A stretch of 64,000 nt of DNA from Vulcanimicrobiota bacterium (GCA_963695225.1 OY968762.1:384001-448000), one strand, 5' to 3'. Positions 31,098-46,453 are shown, counted from the stretch's first letter. Notes: generated from the sequence alone by a model not told the origin. Numbers and translations are program-made.

Positions 31098-32321
31098 TCA
31101 GGCGGGGATCGCGACGCGGCCGAGGTCGAAGCGCTGCGCAGCGTCGTCGACGATGTATTTCCCGATCGCGAGCGACGATGTCGCCGCCGGCGAAGGTGCG
31201 TTACGGACATGCACGATGCCCTCGGCGCCTTCGAAGACGAAGTCGTCGACGAGCGAGCCGTCGGCAGCCATGGCCTGCGCGCGAACGCCCGACGGCCCCG
31301 GAAGGCAATCTTCCGGCTGGAGGTCCGGAATGTAGCGCTGCAGCGCCTTGACGTACGCGCTGCGCACGAGATCGCGGTACATCTCCTCGGCGCCCGTCTT
31401 GAGATATTTCATGCCGAGCTTGAAGAAGCCGGGATACGTGAGCGCGTCCCACACCTCGGGCAGGTTGATCGTGAAGAACGTGTAGCCTTCACGCGCGAAC
31501 GCGAGGACGGCGTTCGGACCGAGCCAGATCGAACCGTCCATGCGCGGCGTGAAGTGGACGCCGAGGAACGGGAATTCGGGATCGGGGACCGGATAGATGT
31601 TGCCCTTGACGAGATGCGCCTTCTCGGGCCGCAGAATCAGGTAGTCGCCGCGGAACGGCACGATCTTCGGATCGCGCGCGCCGCCGGTCATCTTCGCAAG
31701 CTTGTCCGAGTAGAGTCCGCCGCAGGTGATTGCGGCTTTCGCGGTGATCTCGCCGTGCGGCGTGATCAGGACCGTCTCGCTGCCGCGGCGAGCGATGCTC
31801 GTGACCTCGCGGCCGAGAAAGATGTCGGCGCCCTTCTCGCGCGCTTCATCCGCGTACGATTCGGAGACGCGCCCCCAATCGACGATCCCCGTCACCGGAG
31901 AGAAAATCGCCTTGATGCCGCAGCAGTGCGGCTCGCGCTCGCGGATCCCGTCCGCGTCGAGCATCTGCAGACCCTCGACGCCGTTGGCCTGGCCGCGCGC
32001 CCAGAGATCTTCGAGCCGGCCGAGTTCGCTCGCTTCGGTCGCGACGATCAACTTGCCGACCTGCTTGTACTCGATGCCCTTCGCATCGCAGTACTGCCAG
32101 GCGAGGCGGCGGCCTTCGACGCAGAGTTTCGCCTTGAACGACCCGGGCTTATAGTAGATCCCGGAATGGATGACGCCGCTGTTGCGGCCGGTCTGGTGCC
32201 GGTTGAGGCCGGTTTCCTTCTCGACGTTGGCAACCTTGAGGTGAGGGAAGCGCTCGAGCAATTCACGGGTGGTCGCGAGCCCGACGATCCCCCCGCCGAC
32301 CACGGCGATATCGTACGTCAT
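31098..32321 (-). CDS. lhgO: L-2-hydroxyglutarate oxidase
   Basis: GGGIVG, HQTGRNSGVIHSGIYY, FPFLGVHFT, NAPSPAATSSL. Confidence 0.88.
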   Translation of the reverse strand: MTYDIAVVGGGIVGLATTRELLERFPHLKVANVEKETGLNRHQTGRNSGVIHSGIYYKPGSFKAKLCVEGRRLAWQYCDAKGIEYKQVGKLIVATEASELGRLEDLWARGQANGVEGLQMLDADGIREREPHCCGIKAIFSPVTGIVDWGRVSESYADEAREKGADIFLGREVTSIARRGSETVLITPHGEITAKAAITCGGLYSDKLAKMTGGARDPKIVPFRGDYLILRPEKAHLVKGNIYPVPDPEFPFLGVHFTPRMDGSIWLGPNAVLAFAREGYTFFTINLPEVWDALTYPGFFKLGMKYLKTGAEEMYRDLVRSAYVKALQRYIPDLQPEDCLPGPSGVRAQAMAADGSLVDDFVFEGAEGIVHVRNAPSPAATSSLAIGKYIVDDAAQRFDLGRVAIPA

Positions 32322-32498
32322 ATCCAGCTATTCTCGCGCGAAGAACGACCCGCCCGCTAGGACTTTTTCCTCGACCAGCCCGCTCTCGGGAGCGGCGATG
32401 GGAAGAAGGTCTCCACCGGCGGGCTGCCCGGCGGCAGGGTTCGTCGTATGCATCGAAAGAGGTAACAACGCGACCCCGAGGCCTCGAAAGGACGATCA

Positions 32499-34067
32499 GT
32501 GGCGCCAGTATCCGCCCTCGCGACGCCGTTCAAGAACGAGAAGATCCGCAGCTTTACGGACGAAGCCGACCGGGCCTCGATCGAAGCCGCGCTTGCGCGC
32601 GCAAGAGCCCGGCTCGGTGCGCGCTACGCGCCGGTCGTCGACGGCCGCAAGCTCGAGACGGCGGACGAGTTCCGCTCGCTGAACCCGGCGAATCCCGCGG
32701 AGGTCGTCGGGGTCGTCGGCGCGGCGTCCGTCGAACAGGCGACGGCGGCCGTCGAAGCGGCGGCCCGGCGCTTCGAGAGCTGGAAGCGAACGAGCGCGAA
32801 GGAACGCGCTGCCTGCGTCTTCCGGGCGGCCGAACTGGTCCGGCGTCGCCGAGATGACTTCAACGCGCTGCTCGTGCTCGAGGTCGGGAAGCCCTGGGTC
32901 GAGGCGGACGCCGACACGGCCGAAGCGATCGATTTCCTCGAGTTCTACGCGCGCGAGGCGCTGCGCTATACGGAACCGCGCCCGCTCGTCCCGCTCGCGG
33001 GCGAAGAAGGCCGCCTCGCCTATATCCCGCTCGGCGCCGGCGTGGTGATCCCGCCGTGGAATTTCGCTCTCGCGATCATGGCCGGGATGACGACGGCCGC
33101 GCTCGTCGCCGGAAACACCGTCTGCCTGAAGCCCTCGGAGGACGCCTCCGTCATCGCGGCCGTCTTCGTCGAGCTCTTGACCGAGGCGGGCGTCCCGGAG
33201 GGCGTCGTGAACTTCGTGCCGGGCCCCGGCGCGACGATCGGCGAGGCGATGGTCGCGCACCCGAAGACGCGCTTCATCTCGTTCACGGGTTCGAAGGCGG
33301 TCGGGCTGCGCATCAACGAGCTCGCGAGCCGCGTCGCCGAAGGGCAGATCTGGATCAAACGGGTCGTCGCGGAGATGGGCGGCAAGGACGCGATCGTCGT
33401 CGCCGACGATGCCGACCTCGACGCCGCGGCGGACGGCATCGTCGCCTCCGCGTTCGGCTTCTCCGGGCAGAAGTGCTCGGCGTGCTCCCGGGCCATCGTC
33501 GACGCGCGTGTCTACGATGCGGTTCTCGGCAAGGTCGTCGAGCGTGCAAAACGGCTCGTCATCGGAGATCCGGCGCTCGGGCCGGTCGACGTCGGGCCGG
33601 TCATCAACCGCAAGGCGTACGACAGGATCCTCGGCTACGTCGAACGCGGCCGCGCGGAGGGGCGCCTCGTTCTGGGCGGGAGAGGGGTCCCGGGTACCGG
33701 GTTCTTCATCGAGCCGACGATCTTCGCGGACGTCGACCCGCAGGCGACGCTCGCCCAGGAGGAGATCTTCGGCCCCGTCGTCGCCTTCCTGAAGGCGCGC
33801 GATTTTTCGGATGCCCTCGCCGTCGCGAACGGGACCGAGTTCGGGCTCACGGGCGCCGTCTACAGCCGCGACGACGCGAAGCTGGAGCTTGCGCGGACGG
33901 ATTTCCACGTCGGCAACCTGTACTTCAACCGCAAGTGCACGGGCGCGCTCGTCGGCGTCCACCCCTTCGGCGGATTCAATATGTCCGGCACGGATTCCAA
34001 GGCCGGCGGGTACGACTACTTGGGGTTGTTTCTGCAGGCGAAGATCGTCTCGAAGCGATTGACGTGA
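32499..34067 (+). CDS. pruA: L-glutamate gamma-semialdehyde (P5C) dehydrogenase
   Basis: EADADTAEAIDFLEFY, EMGGKD, GQKCSACSR, PFGGFNMSGTDSKAGG. Confidence 0.9.
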   Translation: MAPVSALATPFKNEKIRSFTDEADRASIEAALARARARLGARYAPVVDGRKLETADEFRSLNPANPAEVVGVVGAASVEQATAAVEAAARRFESWKRTSAKERAACVFRAAELVRRRRDDFNALLVLEVGKPWVEADADTAEAIDFLEFYAREALRYTEPRPLVPLAGEEGRLAYIPLGAGVVIPPWNFALAIMAGMTTAALVAGNTVCLKPSEDASVIAAVFVELLTEAGVPEGVVNFVPGPGATIGEAMVAHPKTRFISFTGSKAVGLRINELASRVAEGQIWIKRVVAEMGGKDAIVVADDADLDAAADGIVASAFGFSGQKCSACSRAIVDARVYDAVLGKVVERAKRLVIGDPALGPVDVGPVINRKAYDRILGYVERGRAEGRLVLGGRGVPGTGFFIEPTIFADVDPQATLAQEEIFGPVVAFLKARDFSDALAVANGTEFGLTGAVYSRDDAKLELARTDFHVGNLYFNRKCTGALVGVHPFGGFNMSGTDSKAGGYDYLGLFLQAKIVSKRLT

Positions 34068-34071
34068 GGCC

Positions 34072-35286
34072 ATGAGCAACGAACGGCAACTCCGCGCGGC
34101 GCTCGGCGGCGTCGTCTTCGTCGCGGCGCTCGCGGTCGCAGCCTTCGGCATCTACCCGCATCCCTCGTTCTCGTCGGACGGGTACGCGTACGCCGTGCGG
34201 ATGCTCGTCGATCGCGGGCTCCCGTTGGAAGACGCGGTGCATCGCGCTCAGGAATTCTGGCAGCAGCAGCCGATCGCAACCGACCCGATGCAGGCGCATC
34301 TTTTTCGAGGCGATCAGGCGCCGCTATACTGGGACGTTTTCCAGCCGCGCGTCATCTACCCGTTCGTCGCCGCGATGCTCTACCCGCTACGGGGCTTCTA
34401 CGGGATGCTCGACATCTCGGCGTTCGCATACGTCGGCGCAGCGCTCGCGGTCTATTACCTCGCGCTGCAATTCGCCGGTGCGCTTCCATCCCTCGCCGTC
34501 ACGCTCGGCTTCATGCTCTATCCGGGGACGCTCGAGAATGCTCGCTCTACGCAGACCGATATGCTTGCGATGTTCTTCTCGACGCTGTGCATCGTCGCGC
34601 TCGTGCGGATTGCACGCGGCGGCGACCGTCGCTGGATCGTAACGCTCGCGGCGGCTTGCCTCTTGCTCGTATTCACGCGGCCTGCGTTCTACATCATCCT
34701 TGGCGGTGCGCTGGGCTTGGCTATCGGAGTCCGGGGCGCCGCACCCGCGTTGCGGCGGGCAAGCCTTGTCTGCGTCGGAATCGCGGCGGTTTGTGCGGGA
34801 CTCTACATCGCCGTCTCGCTCGGCATGGGGACGCCGAGCTTTTCGTACGTCGTCGCCGATGCGCGCGACGTTTTTTTCAGAACCCAGCCGGAGCTCGCTC
34901 AGCAATCGGCGCTCTCGAAACTCAAGAACGCCGGGTTACATTTCTCGCCGGACGACCCGCTCGGCGTTTGGTATGGGAAGATGGTCGTGAATTTGGTGCT
35001 GCGGGAGACGATCCGCGGCATTCTTTTCGTCTTCCCGCTGCTCGGCGCGCTTGGACTGTGGGCCTTCCGTAGGGATCCGGCGTTCGGGGCGCTCGTGGGC
35101 GTGCTGGCCGGGGGATCCCTCGTCCTACTGCTCGACCAGTGGTCCCAAGACATGACTCGCGTTCTGGAGGTTCCGATGCTGCCGGTGATCGCCGTCGGCC
35201 TCGTGGGCGCCGCAAGCGTCCTGTACGGGCGGCTCTTCGTCCCGAACGATCCCTTGGTTTCAACAGCGCTCGAAAAGACGTTATAA
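34072..35286 (+). CDS. Polytopic membrane protein, possible GT-C glycosyltransferase
   Basis: Many hydrophobic segments; DGYAY after TM1; TQTDML; FTRP. Confidence 0.6.
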   Translation: MSNERQLRAALGGVVFVAALAVAAFGIYPHPSFSSDGYAYAVRMLVDRGLPLEDAVHRAQEFWQQQPIATDPMQAHLFRGDQAPLYWDVFQPRVIYPFVAAMLYPLRGFYGMLDISAFAYVGAALAVYYLALQFAGALPSLAVTLGFMLYPGTLENARSTQTDMLAMFFSTLCIVALVRIARGGDRRWIVTLAAACLLLVFTRPAFYIILGGALGLAIGVRGAAPALRRASLVCVGIAAVCAGLYIAVSLGMGTPSFSYVVADARDVFFRTQPELAQQSALSKLKNAGLHFSPDDPLGVWYGKMVVNLVLRETIRGILFVFPLLGALGLWAFRRDPAFGALVGVLAGGSLVLLLDQWSQDMTRVLEVPMLPVIAVGLVGAASVLYGRLFVPNDPLVSTALEKTL

Positions 35287-35561
35287 GCCGACCGTCCGAG
35301 AATCCGCACGGCCCCGGAGCGCAGGGTCCGGACGGCGCCGCCCTGGACGCGATCGATACGCCGGCTTGTGCATGGGGGCACGAGCAGATCGGAGCCGCCG
35401 AAGAGCGTCCGTAGCCGCTACTTCGCTCGGATCCGGAACATCTGTCGGACGGGACGGCCGCCACTTGCCGGGCTCGTCCATCGGATCGGTCCGCCGTCTT
35501 CGCTAGCATAGTACGGCAAGCGGTATCCAGGAATAACTCCCAAAAAGACGCGCCTGGGGGG

Positions 35562-35590
35562 TTGACTCTAAGCTACGAGGTTGATATCAT
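35562..35590 (+). promoter_or_regulatory. rrn promoter
   Basis: TTGACT-N17-TATCAT; boxA-like cgttccttgaaaac downstream. Confidence 0.75.
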
Positions 35591-35937
35591 AGCCGCCGTG
35601 ACTCTGACGCCACGCAACATCGGTGCGGTCAGTGATCCGGCCCGACTAGGGTCTGGCTTTAGAGTTCGTTCCTTGAAAACTGAACAGTGCAGTAGCGCAT
35701 AAGTCTGTGGGTCTCCGGTCCGGAGCAGGCAAGCGCGGCGAAAGCCGCTTTTTGTTTGTCCCGAAACGTGAGATTTTTGGTCAGTCGCCCCGAGATCCGG
35801 CTCCACCGGTCCTCGGATCAGCGCCTGGCCCGTACAAGAATTGACCGATGCCGATCGCGAGATCGTCATCAAAAACCCAAGGCGCAAGTCTTGGGAAGCT
35901 TAGTCAGCGAATTTAGAGCCTCAAAGGCTCCATAAAT

Positions 35938-37445
<1,508 letters not shown>

Positions 37446-37884
37446 AGTACATGCCGTCGGCTCACGCCCAGCGTGAGGGCGCCGGCGTACTATACTTAAA
37501 GTCGACCACAGACGATGCCGATTCGTTCAGGGGTTCGCCGGCCAGTTATGGCTAAGGTCGAGCTGAGAACTACGGCGCGATGTTTTTCAGCATCGTAAGC
37601 GCACCCCGGTTTTCGGGGTCCCGGCAGAGGCGGGTTCAACCCGCCGGCATCCAGCGATGGATTGCCAGGTTGCCGACTGCACTGTTCAGCTTTGAGGGAA
37701 CGTCCCTCGTGGCTCGATTCGAATTTCGTATGATTTCGATCGGGAAACACGAGCGTCGCGTTGCTTCGATCCTTGAAAACTGCATAGAGAAGAACTTTCA
37801 TGTGCCAAACATGAAAAGCGGACTCTCTTTGGATTTTCCGTCCGGAGAGAGTGCAATTTCAAAGAAAAAGACAGATCGTACTTT

Positions 37885-40963
<3,079 letters not shown>

Positions 40964-41058
40964 TACGCTGTCGTTTGGCACTTGAAGGTTCTTCTCTATG
41001 CAGCTTTCCGGCGCGACACGCCTAGAGCTCAGGCTCGGCGTCGCGACGGGATCAGATT

Positions 41059-41174
41059 TCTGGCGCCCATAGCGGCGGGGTTCCACCCGTTCCCATCCCG
41101 AACACGGCAGTTAAGACCGCCAGCGCCGATGGTAGTCGGACCGCAGGGTCCCTCGAGAGTAGGACAGCGCCAGA
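41059..41174 (+). rRNA. rrf: 5S rRNA
   Basis: tctggcg...cgccaga terminal stem; cccatcccgaacac; gccgatggtagt. Confidence 0.96.
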
Positions 41175-41182
41175 TCAACCCA

Positions 41183-41230
41183 AGAGATGAGCCCGCCGGC
41201 CTCGAGGCCGAGCGGGCTCTCTCTATTTCC
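41183..41230 (+). terminator. rrn terminator
   Basis: gagcccgc...gcgggctc hairpin followed by tctctatttc. Confidence 0.65.
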
Positions 41231-41306
41231 CGGGAGCCCTGAGCTCGCCGTCATGCCACCCTGAGTAAGTCATGGCCGCGGAAGGGCCACGATGATCGCT
41301 GGGCCC

Positions 41307-41500
41307 GCGGGCGGTGCCGGGCCAGCGGGCTCCCGCGGGGACGCTCGCGATTTCGCATCCATGCGAAGCTGAACAGGCGCTCCGCCTACGGCTCCGCGCC
41401 CCCCACACACAAAGCGCGTGGGGACCCCCCGCTCGCCCTCCTGGCTCCGCAGGCAAGCTGCACGCCCCGCAGGAGCCAGTCGCCCCGCACCGCTCGCTAC
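41307..41500 (-). repeat. GTAG-anchored structured repeat, copy C (diverged, with internal insertion)
   Basis: Shares gcgtgcagcttgccYgcggagcca and ttcgcatggatgcgaaatcgcgRgcgtccccgcggg with the other copies; CTAC at 41497-41500. Confidence 0.8.
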
Positions 41501-41584
41501 CTGTGCTGTCAACAGGGTGATCTTGCCGTAGAAGGTGCGCCCTAGCGCCGTTGCTGCGCCGCGTGATAGATTGGCGGTGCAGGT

Positions 41585-42133
41585 ATGGCGACTCCAGCGA
41601 TTCCGCAGATCCCCGCCGTCCTCGAGTTCGACGATTCGCAGAAGCCGTATGTCGAGTCTATTGGCGGCCGTCTCGAAGCCAAGATGAGTCCGAAGCTCAT
41701 CCACAGCCTCGTACAAACGGCCGTCGCCGCGGTTCTTAGGGCGTGGGCGGCCGGCCGCGGAGTCGTCGGCACGGAAATCCGCTTCTATTTCTTGCGCGAG
41801 AGCAAGCCGTCGTCGCTCTTGCCGGACGTGGCCTATATCTCGAACGAGAGGCTGCAGCGGGAGACGCGCGACGCATTCGACCGGCCGCGGTGCGCACCGG
41901 ACCTCGCCATCGAGATCTGGTCGCCCGGCGATAGCACGCGGACGCTCGAGGAAAAGATCGCCCTCTATCTCGCACACGGCAGCCCGGCCGTCATCGTGAT
42001 CGATCCCGAGGCGCGGCGAATCGAGTTCCACCGTGCCGACGGACGCGAAGCGCACGAGAGAACCGGCCTTATCCGGGTTGCTCCGTACGACGATCTGACG
42101 ATCGACTGCGGCGAACTGTTCCGAGATCTCTAA
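41585..42133 (+). CDS. Uma2 family (PD-(D/E)xK-like) protein
   Basis: SPKLIHS, LPDVAYIS, APDLAIEIWSPGD, EKIALY. Confidence 0.85.
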   Translation: MATPAIPQIPAVLEFDDSQKPYVESIGGRLEAKMSPKLIHSLVQTAVAAVLRAWAAGRGVVGTEIRFYFLRESKPSSLLPDVAYISNERLQRETRDAFDRPRCAPDLAIEIWSPGDSTRTLEEKIALYLAHGSPAVIVIDPEARRIEFHRADGREAHERTGLIRVAPYDDLTIDCGELFRDL

Positions 42134-42192
42134 TCCGCGCTCGCTCCGCCATGCGGCCGCTCTCACAAACCGTACGTAAGGAGGCACGATAG

Positions 42193-42654
42193 ATGGCTCA
42201 TTCCGCGCAGCCCGTGATCCGCGAGTTGTATCCGTACTTACGCGTGCGCGACGCCGGCGCGGCGATCGAATTCTACGCTCGGGCCTTCGGTGCGGTCGAG
42301 CGCTTTCGCTTGACCGAACCGAACGGCCGCGTCGGTCATGCGGAGATCGTCATCGGGCCCGCGATCGTTATGCTGTCCGACGAATACCCGGAACATGGAA
42401 TAGTCGCCCCGGAGTCGGGCGCGCGCACGGCCGTCAGCATCCACCTGCACGTGGATGACGTCGACGACGTCTTCGAGCGCGCCGTAGCCGCGGGCGCTTC
42501 GGTGGTGCGCCCGCTTACAGACGAGTTTTACGGCGAACGAAGTGGGAAGCTGCGCGATCCGTTCGGCCACGAGTGGTTGCTCGGGTCGCAGATCGAACAG
42601 GTGACGCCCGAGGAAATGCAGCGCCGATATACGGCTTTGCTTGCCGGGGAGTAA
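42193..42654 (+). CDS. VOC family protein (PhnB/bleomycin-resistance-like)
   Basis: PYLRVRDAGAAIEFY, GHAEI, FYGERSGKLRDPFGHEW. Confidence 0.88.
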   Translation: MAHSAQPVIRELYPYLRVRDAGAAIEFYARAFGAVERFRLTEPNGRVGHAEIVIGPAIVMLSDEYPEHGIVAPESGARTAVSIHLHVDDVDDVFERAVAAGASVVRPLTDEFYGERSGKLRDPFGHEWLLGSQIEQVTPEEMQRRYTALLAGE

Positions 42655-42658
42655 CCGC

Positions 42659-43801
42659 TCAGAGGACGTGCGGCGTGATCAGGAAGACGATGTCGTCGCG
42701 CTCGTGGCCGTGCTCGCGGTTGCGGAAGATCGGCCCGAACACCGGCAGGTCGCCGAGCAGCGGAAACTTTCGCACGGTCTCGCGGTCGGTCTCTTGCAGC
42801 AAGCCGCCGAGCACGATCGTTTCGTCTCGTTCGATGCGGAGCGTCGTATCGATCTTCCGATTCTGAATGATCGGGTTCCCTTGCGGACTCGTCCCCGCGA
42901 ACGCGCTGTATTCCGGGTGCAATTCGGCCACGATCGAGCCGTCGGCGCCGATCGTCGGGGTCAGTCGCAGCCGCACGCCGATGTCCACGAATTTCACATC
43001 GGCGCTCGTCGTGCTGCCGGTCGTCACGGTGTTCGAGATCGGATACGACTGGCCGACGAGGAGGCTCGCCTCCTTGTTATTGAGCGTGGCGAGGCGCGGC
43101 GTCGCCAGCACTTTCGCGCGATTCTGCGTGACGAGCGCCGTCAGTTGCGCTTGAATCGGGATCGTCTTGTTCTTGAACGCCCAAGTTACTGTGCCCGGAC
43201 CGTCGTTCGGACCGGTGCCGGAGTAGAGGATGCCGATCTCCGAGCTGTCGGTCACGGTCAAATCGACGACGCGGACTTCGAACATCACTTGTGGGGTCGG
43301 CACGTCGAGCGCCCGCAGAAAGCTCCGCGCCGTCGCTAACGTGCGGGGCGTCCCGTGCACGAGGATCGCGTTTTGCCGCTCGTCGACCGTGTAAGAACGT
43401 TCGGGGAGGACGCCGGCGAGTTGCCTCTGCGCATCGGCCGAGCGCGCGTACTTGAGCCGGATCAGCGTTGCCGGTGCCTCGCCGACGTAGTTCCCGCTCG
43501 CGGAGGTGGTGCTCCCGACGATCGTGATCCCGCCTTCACGGCGGATTTGCAGGTCGTAGGCCTGCGCGAGAACGCCGAGCACGCGCCCGACGGGGACGTC
43601 CTGGAGGCGCAGCGTCACGTGGTCGTGCTTGACGGACGCATCGGCGACGATGTTGAGGCCGGATTCCATCGCGACCAAGCGCAGGACGTCGACGAGATCG
43701 GCATCCCGAACGTCCAGCGAAATGGAGCCGGCGGAATCGGCGAAGGCGGGCGAGGCCAGCAACGCGCAGGCCAGGAAGCAGCTCGTCAACCAGCGGCTCA
43801 T
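42659..43801 (-). CDS. Secretin (PilQ/GspD-like), compact
   Basis: Signal peptide; ISLDVRDADL; QVMFEVRVV; PRLATLNN; FPLLGDLPVFGPIFR. Confidence 0.88.
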   Translation of the reverse strand: MSRWLTSCFLACALLASPAFADSAGSISLDVRDADLVDVLRLVAMESGLNIVADASVKHDHVTLRLQDVPVGRVLGVLAQAYDLQIRREGGITIVGSTTSASGNYVGEAPATLIRLKYARSADAQRQLAGVLPERSYTVDERQNAILVHGTPRTLATARSFLRALDVPTPQVMFEVRVVDLTVTDSSEIGILYSGTGPNDGPGTVTWAFKNKTIPIQAQLTALVTQNRAKVLATPRLATLNNKEASLLVGQSYPISNTVTTGSTTSADVKFVDIGVRLRLTPTIGADGSIVAELHPEYSAFAGTSPQGNPIIQNRKIDTTLRIERDETIVLGGLLQETDRETVRKFPLLGDLPVFGPIFRNREHGHERDDIVFLITPHVL

Positions 43802-44304
43802 CGCGCGCCGACCGCGAGGTGGGCGCCGCCCGCCAGCGTGACCGCGCCAAGGCGAATGGCTGCGACCGTCGAGCCGGAGAGCGGGTCCCCGATGCGCACG
43901 AACCGCGTCGTCCCTCCCTCGTCCACGAGAGCGTACGGCGTGCGCCCCAGCACCGTCGCCAACACTTTGGCTCCCGCGATCGCCTCGCCGGGCAGCGCCG
44001 TGCCGGGCGGCGTCCCGGCGGCCCCGGCACTTGCAGGTCGAGCGGAGAGAGCTCCCGGAGCGATGGAGTCGGGAACGTCCCCACCGGCGAACGGATCGCG
44101 GACGACGACGATCCGCTCTCGGTGCGGCGTAGCGTAGGCCGGAGGGAGCTGCGGGATCAGGGCGCCCCCGGCCTCGCGGACCGGGGCCCGCGAGGCGAGG
44201 CGGACGCTCGCCGCAATCACTCCCGGCGGCAAGAGCAGGCCCGCGACGAGGGTAGCGGCAGTGCAGGCAGTAAGCGGCGTGGGTCGGCGGTGCGGGGCAA
44301 ACAT
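43798..44304 (-). CDS. Hypothetical, PilP/GspC-like position
   Basis: RDPF motif then beta-rich C-terminus (YALVDEGG..VRIGD); between pilO-like gene and secretin. Confidence 0.5.
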   Translation of the reverse strand: MFAPHRRPTPLTACTAATLVAGLLLPPGVIAASVRLASRAPVREAGGALIPQLPPAYATPHRERIVVVRDPFAGGDVPDSIAPGALSARPASAGAAGTPPGTALPGEAIAGAKVLATVLGRTPYALVDEGGTTRFVRIGDPLSGSTVAAIRLGAVTLAGGAHLAVGAR

Positions 44305-44313
44305 GGAGGCACC

Positions 44314-44925
44314 TCAGGGGGGCGGAGGGAGGCCGGCGCGCAACCGGATCGTTCCAAGGTGGATCGTCGCATCGACGCCGCTCGCGAGTCCCTCGGCGGA
44401 CTCATGCCGCTCGAGCCGGAGGCCGAGGACTCGGAGGGGCGTCGGCAAGTTCGAGAGGTCGGCGACCGTCGCGACCGTGTTTGCGAAGCTGCCGCTCAGG
44501 CGGAGTTCGAACCGGCCGGATTCCTCGCCCGGAAGCCCCGGGGGACGCGCCGGGAGCGTTCCGAGTGCCGGACCGGCCTCGGGCGCAAGCGAAAGGATGC
44601 GTACGCCGTTGCGCCTGGCGGCCCGCTGGACGTCGAGCAGAAGGCCGAGTCCCTCGGCACTCGGATCGGTGCGCAGCGCGATTCCGCGCAGGTCCGCGCG
44701 GATGCGCTCCGCCGCGGCTTCGATGCGCGGCCGCTCCGCGAGCGCCGCCTCCTCAGCGTCGGCACGCGCGGCTGCGCCGCGGGCGCGAGCATCGGCCGCC
44801 GCTATCGCGTCCTCGACGGGACGCAGCACGACGATGCCGGCCACGAGCGCGAGCAGCGCCACGAGCGCCTCCGGAGCGCGGAGCGCATCGAGCCTGGCAA
44901 TGCTTCCGCGCAAAGGGACGCTCAC
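44314..44925 (-). CDS. PilO-like inner-membrane alignment protein
   Basis: TM, coiled coil, FELRLSGSF; GTGA overlap with pilN-like stop. Confidence 0.55.
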   Translation of the reverse strand: MSVPLRGSIARLDALRAPEALVALLALVAGIVVLRPVEDAIAAADARARGAAARADAEEAALAERPRIEAAAERIRADLRGIALRTDPSAEGLGLLLDVQRAARRNGVRILSLAPEAGPALGTLPARPPGLPGEESGRFELRLSGSFANTVATVADLSNLPTPLRVLGLRLERHESAEGLASGVDATIHLGTIRLRAGLPPPP

Positions 44926-45485
44926 GGCGCACGCTGCTGCAAGCGCAGCTCGAAGTCGACGCTCGAGCCGGCGTTCCAATCCGAATCGTGCAGGCGGGAA
45001 GCGACGAGGACCGGCATTGCGTACGCTTGCGCCTTAGAGAGGCGCGCGATCGCGTCGCCCAGCGCTTCGTAATCGCGCGAGCCGCCTTTGAGCGTCGCGC
45101 CGGTATCGTCGCACTCAAGGGATCCGAGCCAGACCTTCTCGGGCAGGCGAGCCGCGATCTCGGCGATCGCGCGCGCCCGCTTCTCGCCGCTCGCCTGCAC
45201 TTCGCGCAACGCTCGCGAGACGGCGCTCAGGCGCTCGACGGTCGCGACCGACGTCCTCAAGCCGCGCATCGCCTCGTCGGCTCTGGCGAGCCTGGCCTCC
45301 CCGCGGAGTGCCGCGGCGGACGCGTATCCCAAGCGCAAGCGCTCGATTCCCGCGCCGGCGGCGAGCAGGATCGCCGCGAGCAGAAGGGCTGCGAGCGTGC
45401 GGCGGGCTCGTGCTCCGAAGCCGAACTTCGCAAGCCGCGCCGCACGCGAAGCCGGATCGGCCTCGAGGAAGTTGAAGCCGTTCAT
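44922..45485 (-). CDS. PilN-like protein
   Basis: MNGFNFL, TM, LPEKVWLGSL, LKGGS. Confidence 0.7.
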   Translation of the reverse strand: MNGFNFLEADPASRAARLAKFGFGARARRTLAALLLAAILLAAGAGIERLRLGYASAAALRGEARLARADEAMRGLRTSVATVERLSAVSRALREVQASGEKRARAIAEIAARLPEKVWLGSLECDDTGATLKGGSRDYEALGDAIARLSKAQAYAMPVLVASRLHDSDWNAGSSVDFELRLQQRAP

Positions 45486-46453
45486 GCCGCGTCGCCCTCC
45501 TCCCGGAGCGCGAGCCCGATGCTCAAGGACCAATCGGGGGCCGAGGCACGGATCACGTCGCTCGGATACGGCGATGCTGCGATTGCCGGCTCGGCCGCGA
45601 ACTCGATGCGGCAACCCGTGTCTCGCTCGAGGCGCTCGAGCAGGCCTGGCAGACGAGCCCCGTTTCCGACGAGCACGACGTGCTGGATCTCGCCTGCTCC
45701 GTTCTTGCGCGCGGCGAACAGGGCTTGTCCGATCGCGGAGCACAGCGCGAGGAGCTCCGTCTCGCCCGCGCCTGCGAGGCCGACCGTCCGCTTCCTGCGT
45801 TCGGCCAGGGCGGGATCGATCGCCAGCGAGCGCTCGAGCGCGTGAGTGAGCGCGGCCGATCCGCCGGCCACAGCTACGCCGAACGGCGTCGCGCTGCGCA
45901 GCGCGTAGAAGCGAGCCCACGTCGAACCGATGTCGATCGCGGCATCGGCTCGCGGAAACGCGCGTCGCAGGGCAAACGCCTCGTGGTCGACGCAGACGAT
46001 CCGCAAGCCGGCGGCTCGGACGATCGCGAGCTTGCGCTCGTACGCGCTCCGCCGAACGATGCCGAGGGCGAAGAGATTCTGCGCCGGATCGAGCGGACGA
46101 ACGCGCACGAGCGCGTCGTCGAGCGCGTATTCGACGATGCGCGCGGCCTCGAAGCGCACGGCCGACATCCGTTCGCGCGCCGGCATGGGCGGCAGCGCGA
46201 TGGGGCGTACCGTCCCCGCGTCCTCGCCGATCGCGCAAACGCAGCGGCGTTCTGCGATCTCGAACTCCGAGAGGTGCCGCGCGATCGCGCGTCCGACGGC
46301 ATCGGCCGCGCGCCCGGAGCCGGACTCCGCCAGATCGAACGCGATCACGCGGCGTAGATGCGCCTGCGACCCATGCGCATCGAGTTGTGCGATTCGCACG
46401 CGCGTCGCGCCGATGTCGATCCCGAGCGGAAGGGGATTCGGCGCAAGCGTCAT
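45482..46453 (-). CDS. pilM: PilM (actin-like) pilus assembly protein
   Basis: LGIDIGATRVR, IDIG, VLVGNGARLPGL, SIGLALR. Confidence 0.82.
   Translation of the reverse strand: MTLAPNPLPLGIDIGATRVRIAQLDAHGSQAHLRRVIAFDLAESGSGRAADAVGRAIARHLSEFEIAERRCVCAIGEDAGTVRPIALPPMPARERMSAVRFEAARIVEYALDDALVRVRPLDPAQNLFALGIVRRSAYERKLAIVRAAGLRIVCVDHEAFALRRAFPRADAAIDIGSTWARFYALRSATPFGVAVAGGSAALTHALERSLAIDPALAERRKRTVGLAGAGETELLALCSAIGQALFAARKNGAGEIQHVVLVGNGARLPGLLERLERDTGCRIEFAAEPAIAASPYPSDVIRASAPDWSLSIGLALREEGDAA

Noticed and set aside
41585..42133. Uma2 gene as part of a defence system
   Set aside because: Standalone, with no methylase or other defence genes; such genes are commonly dispersed paralogs.
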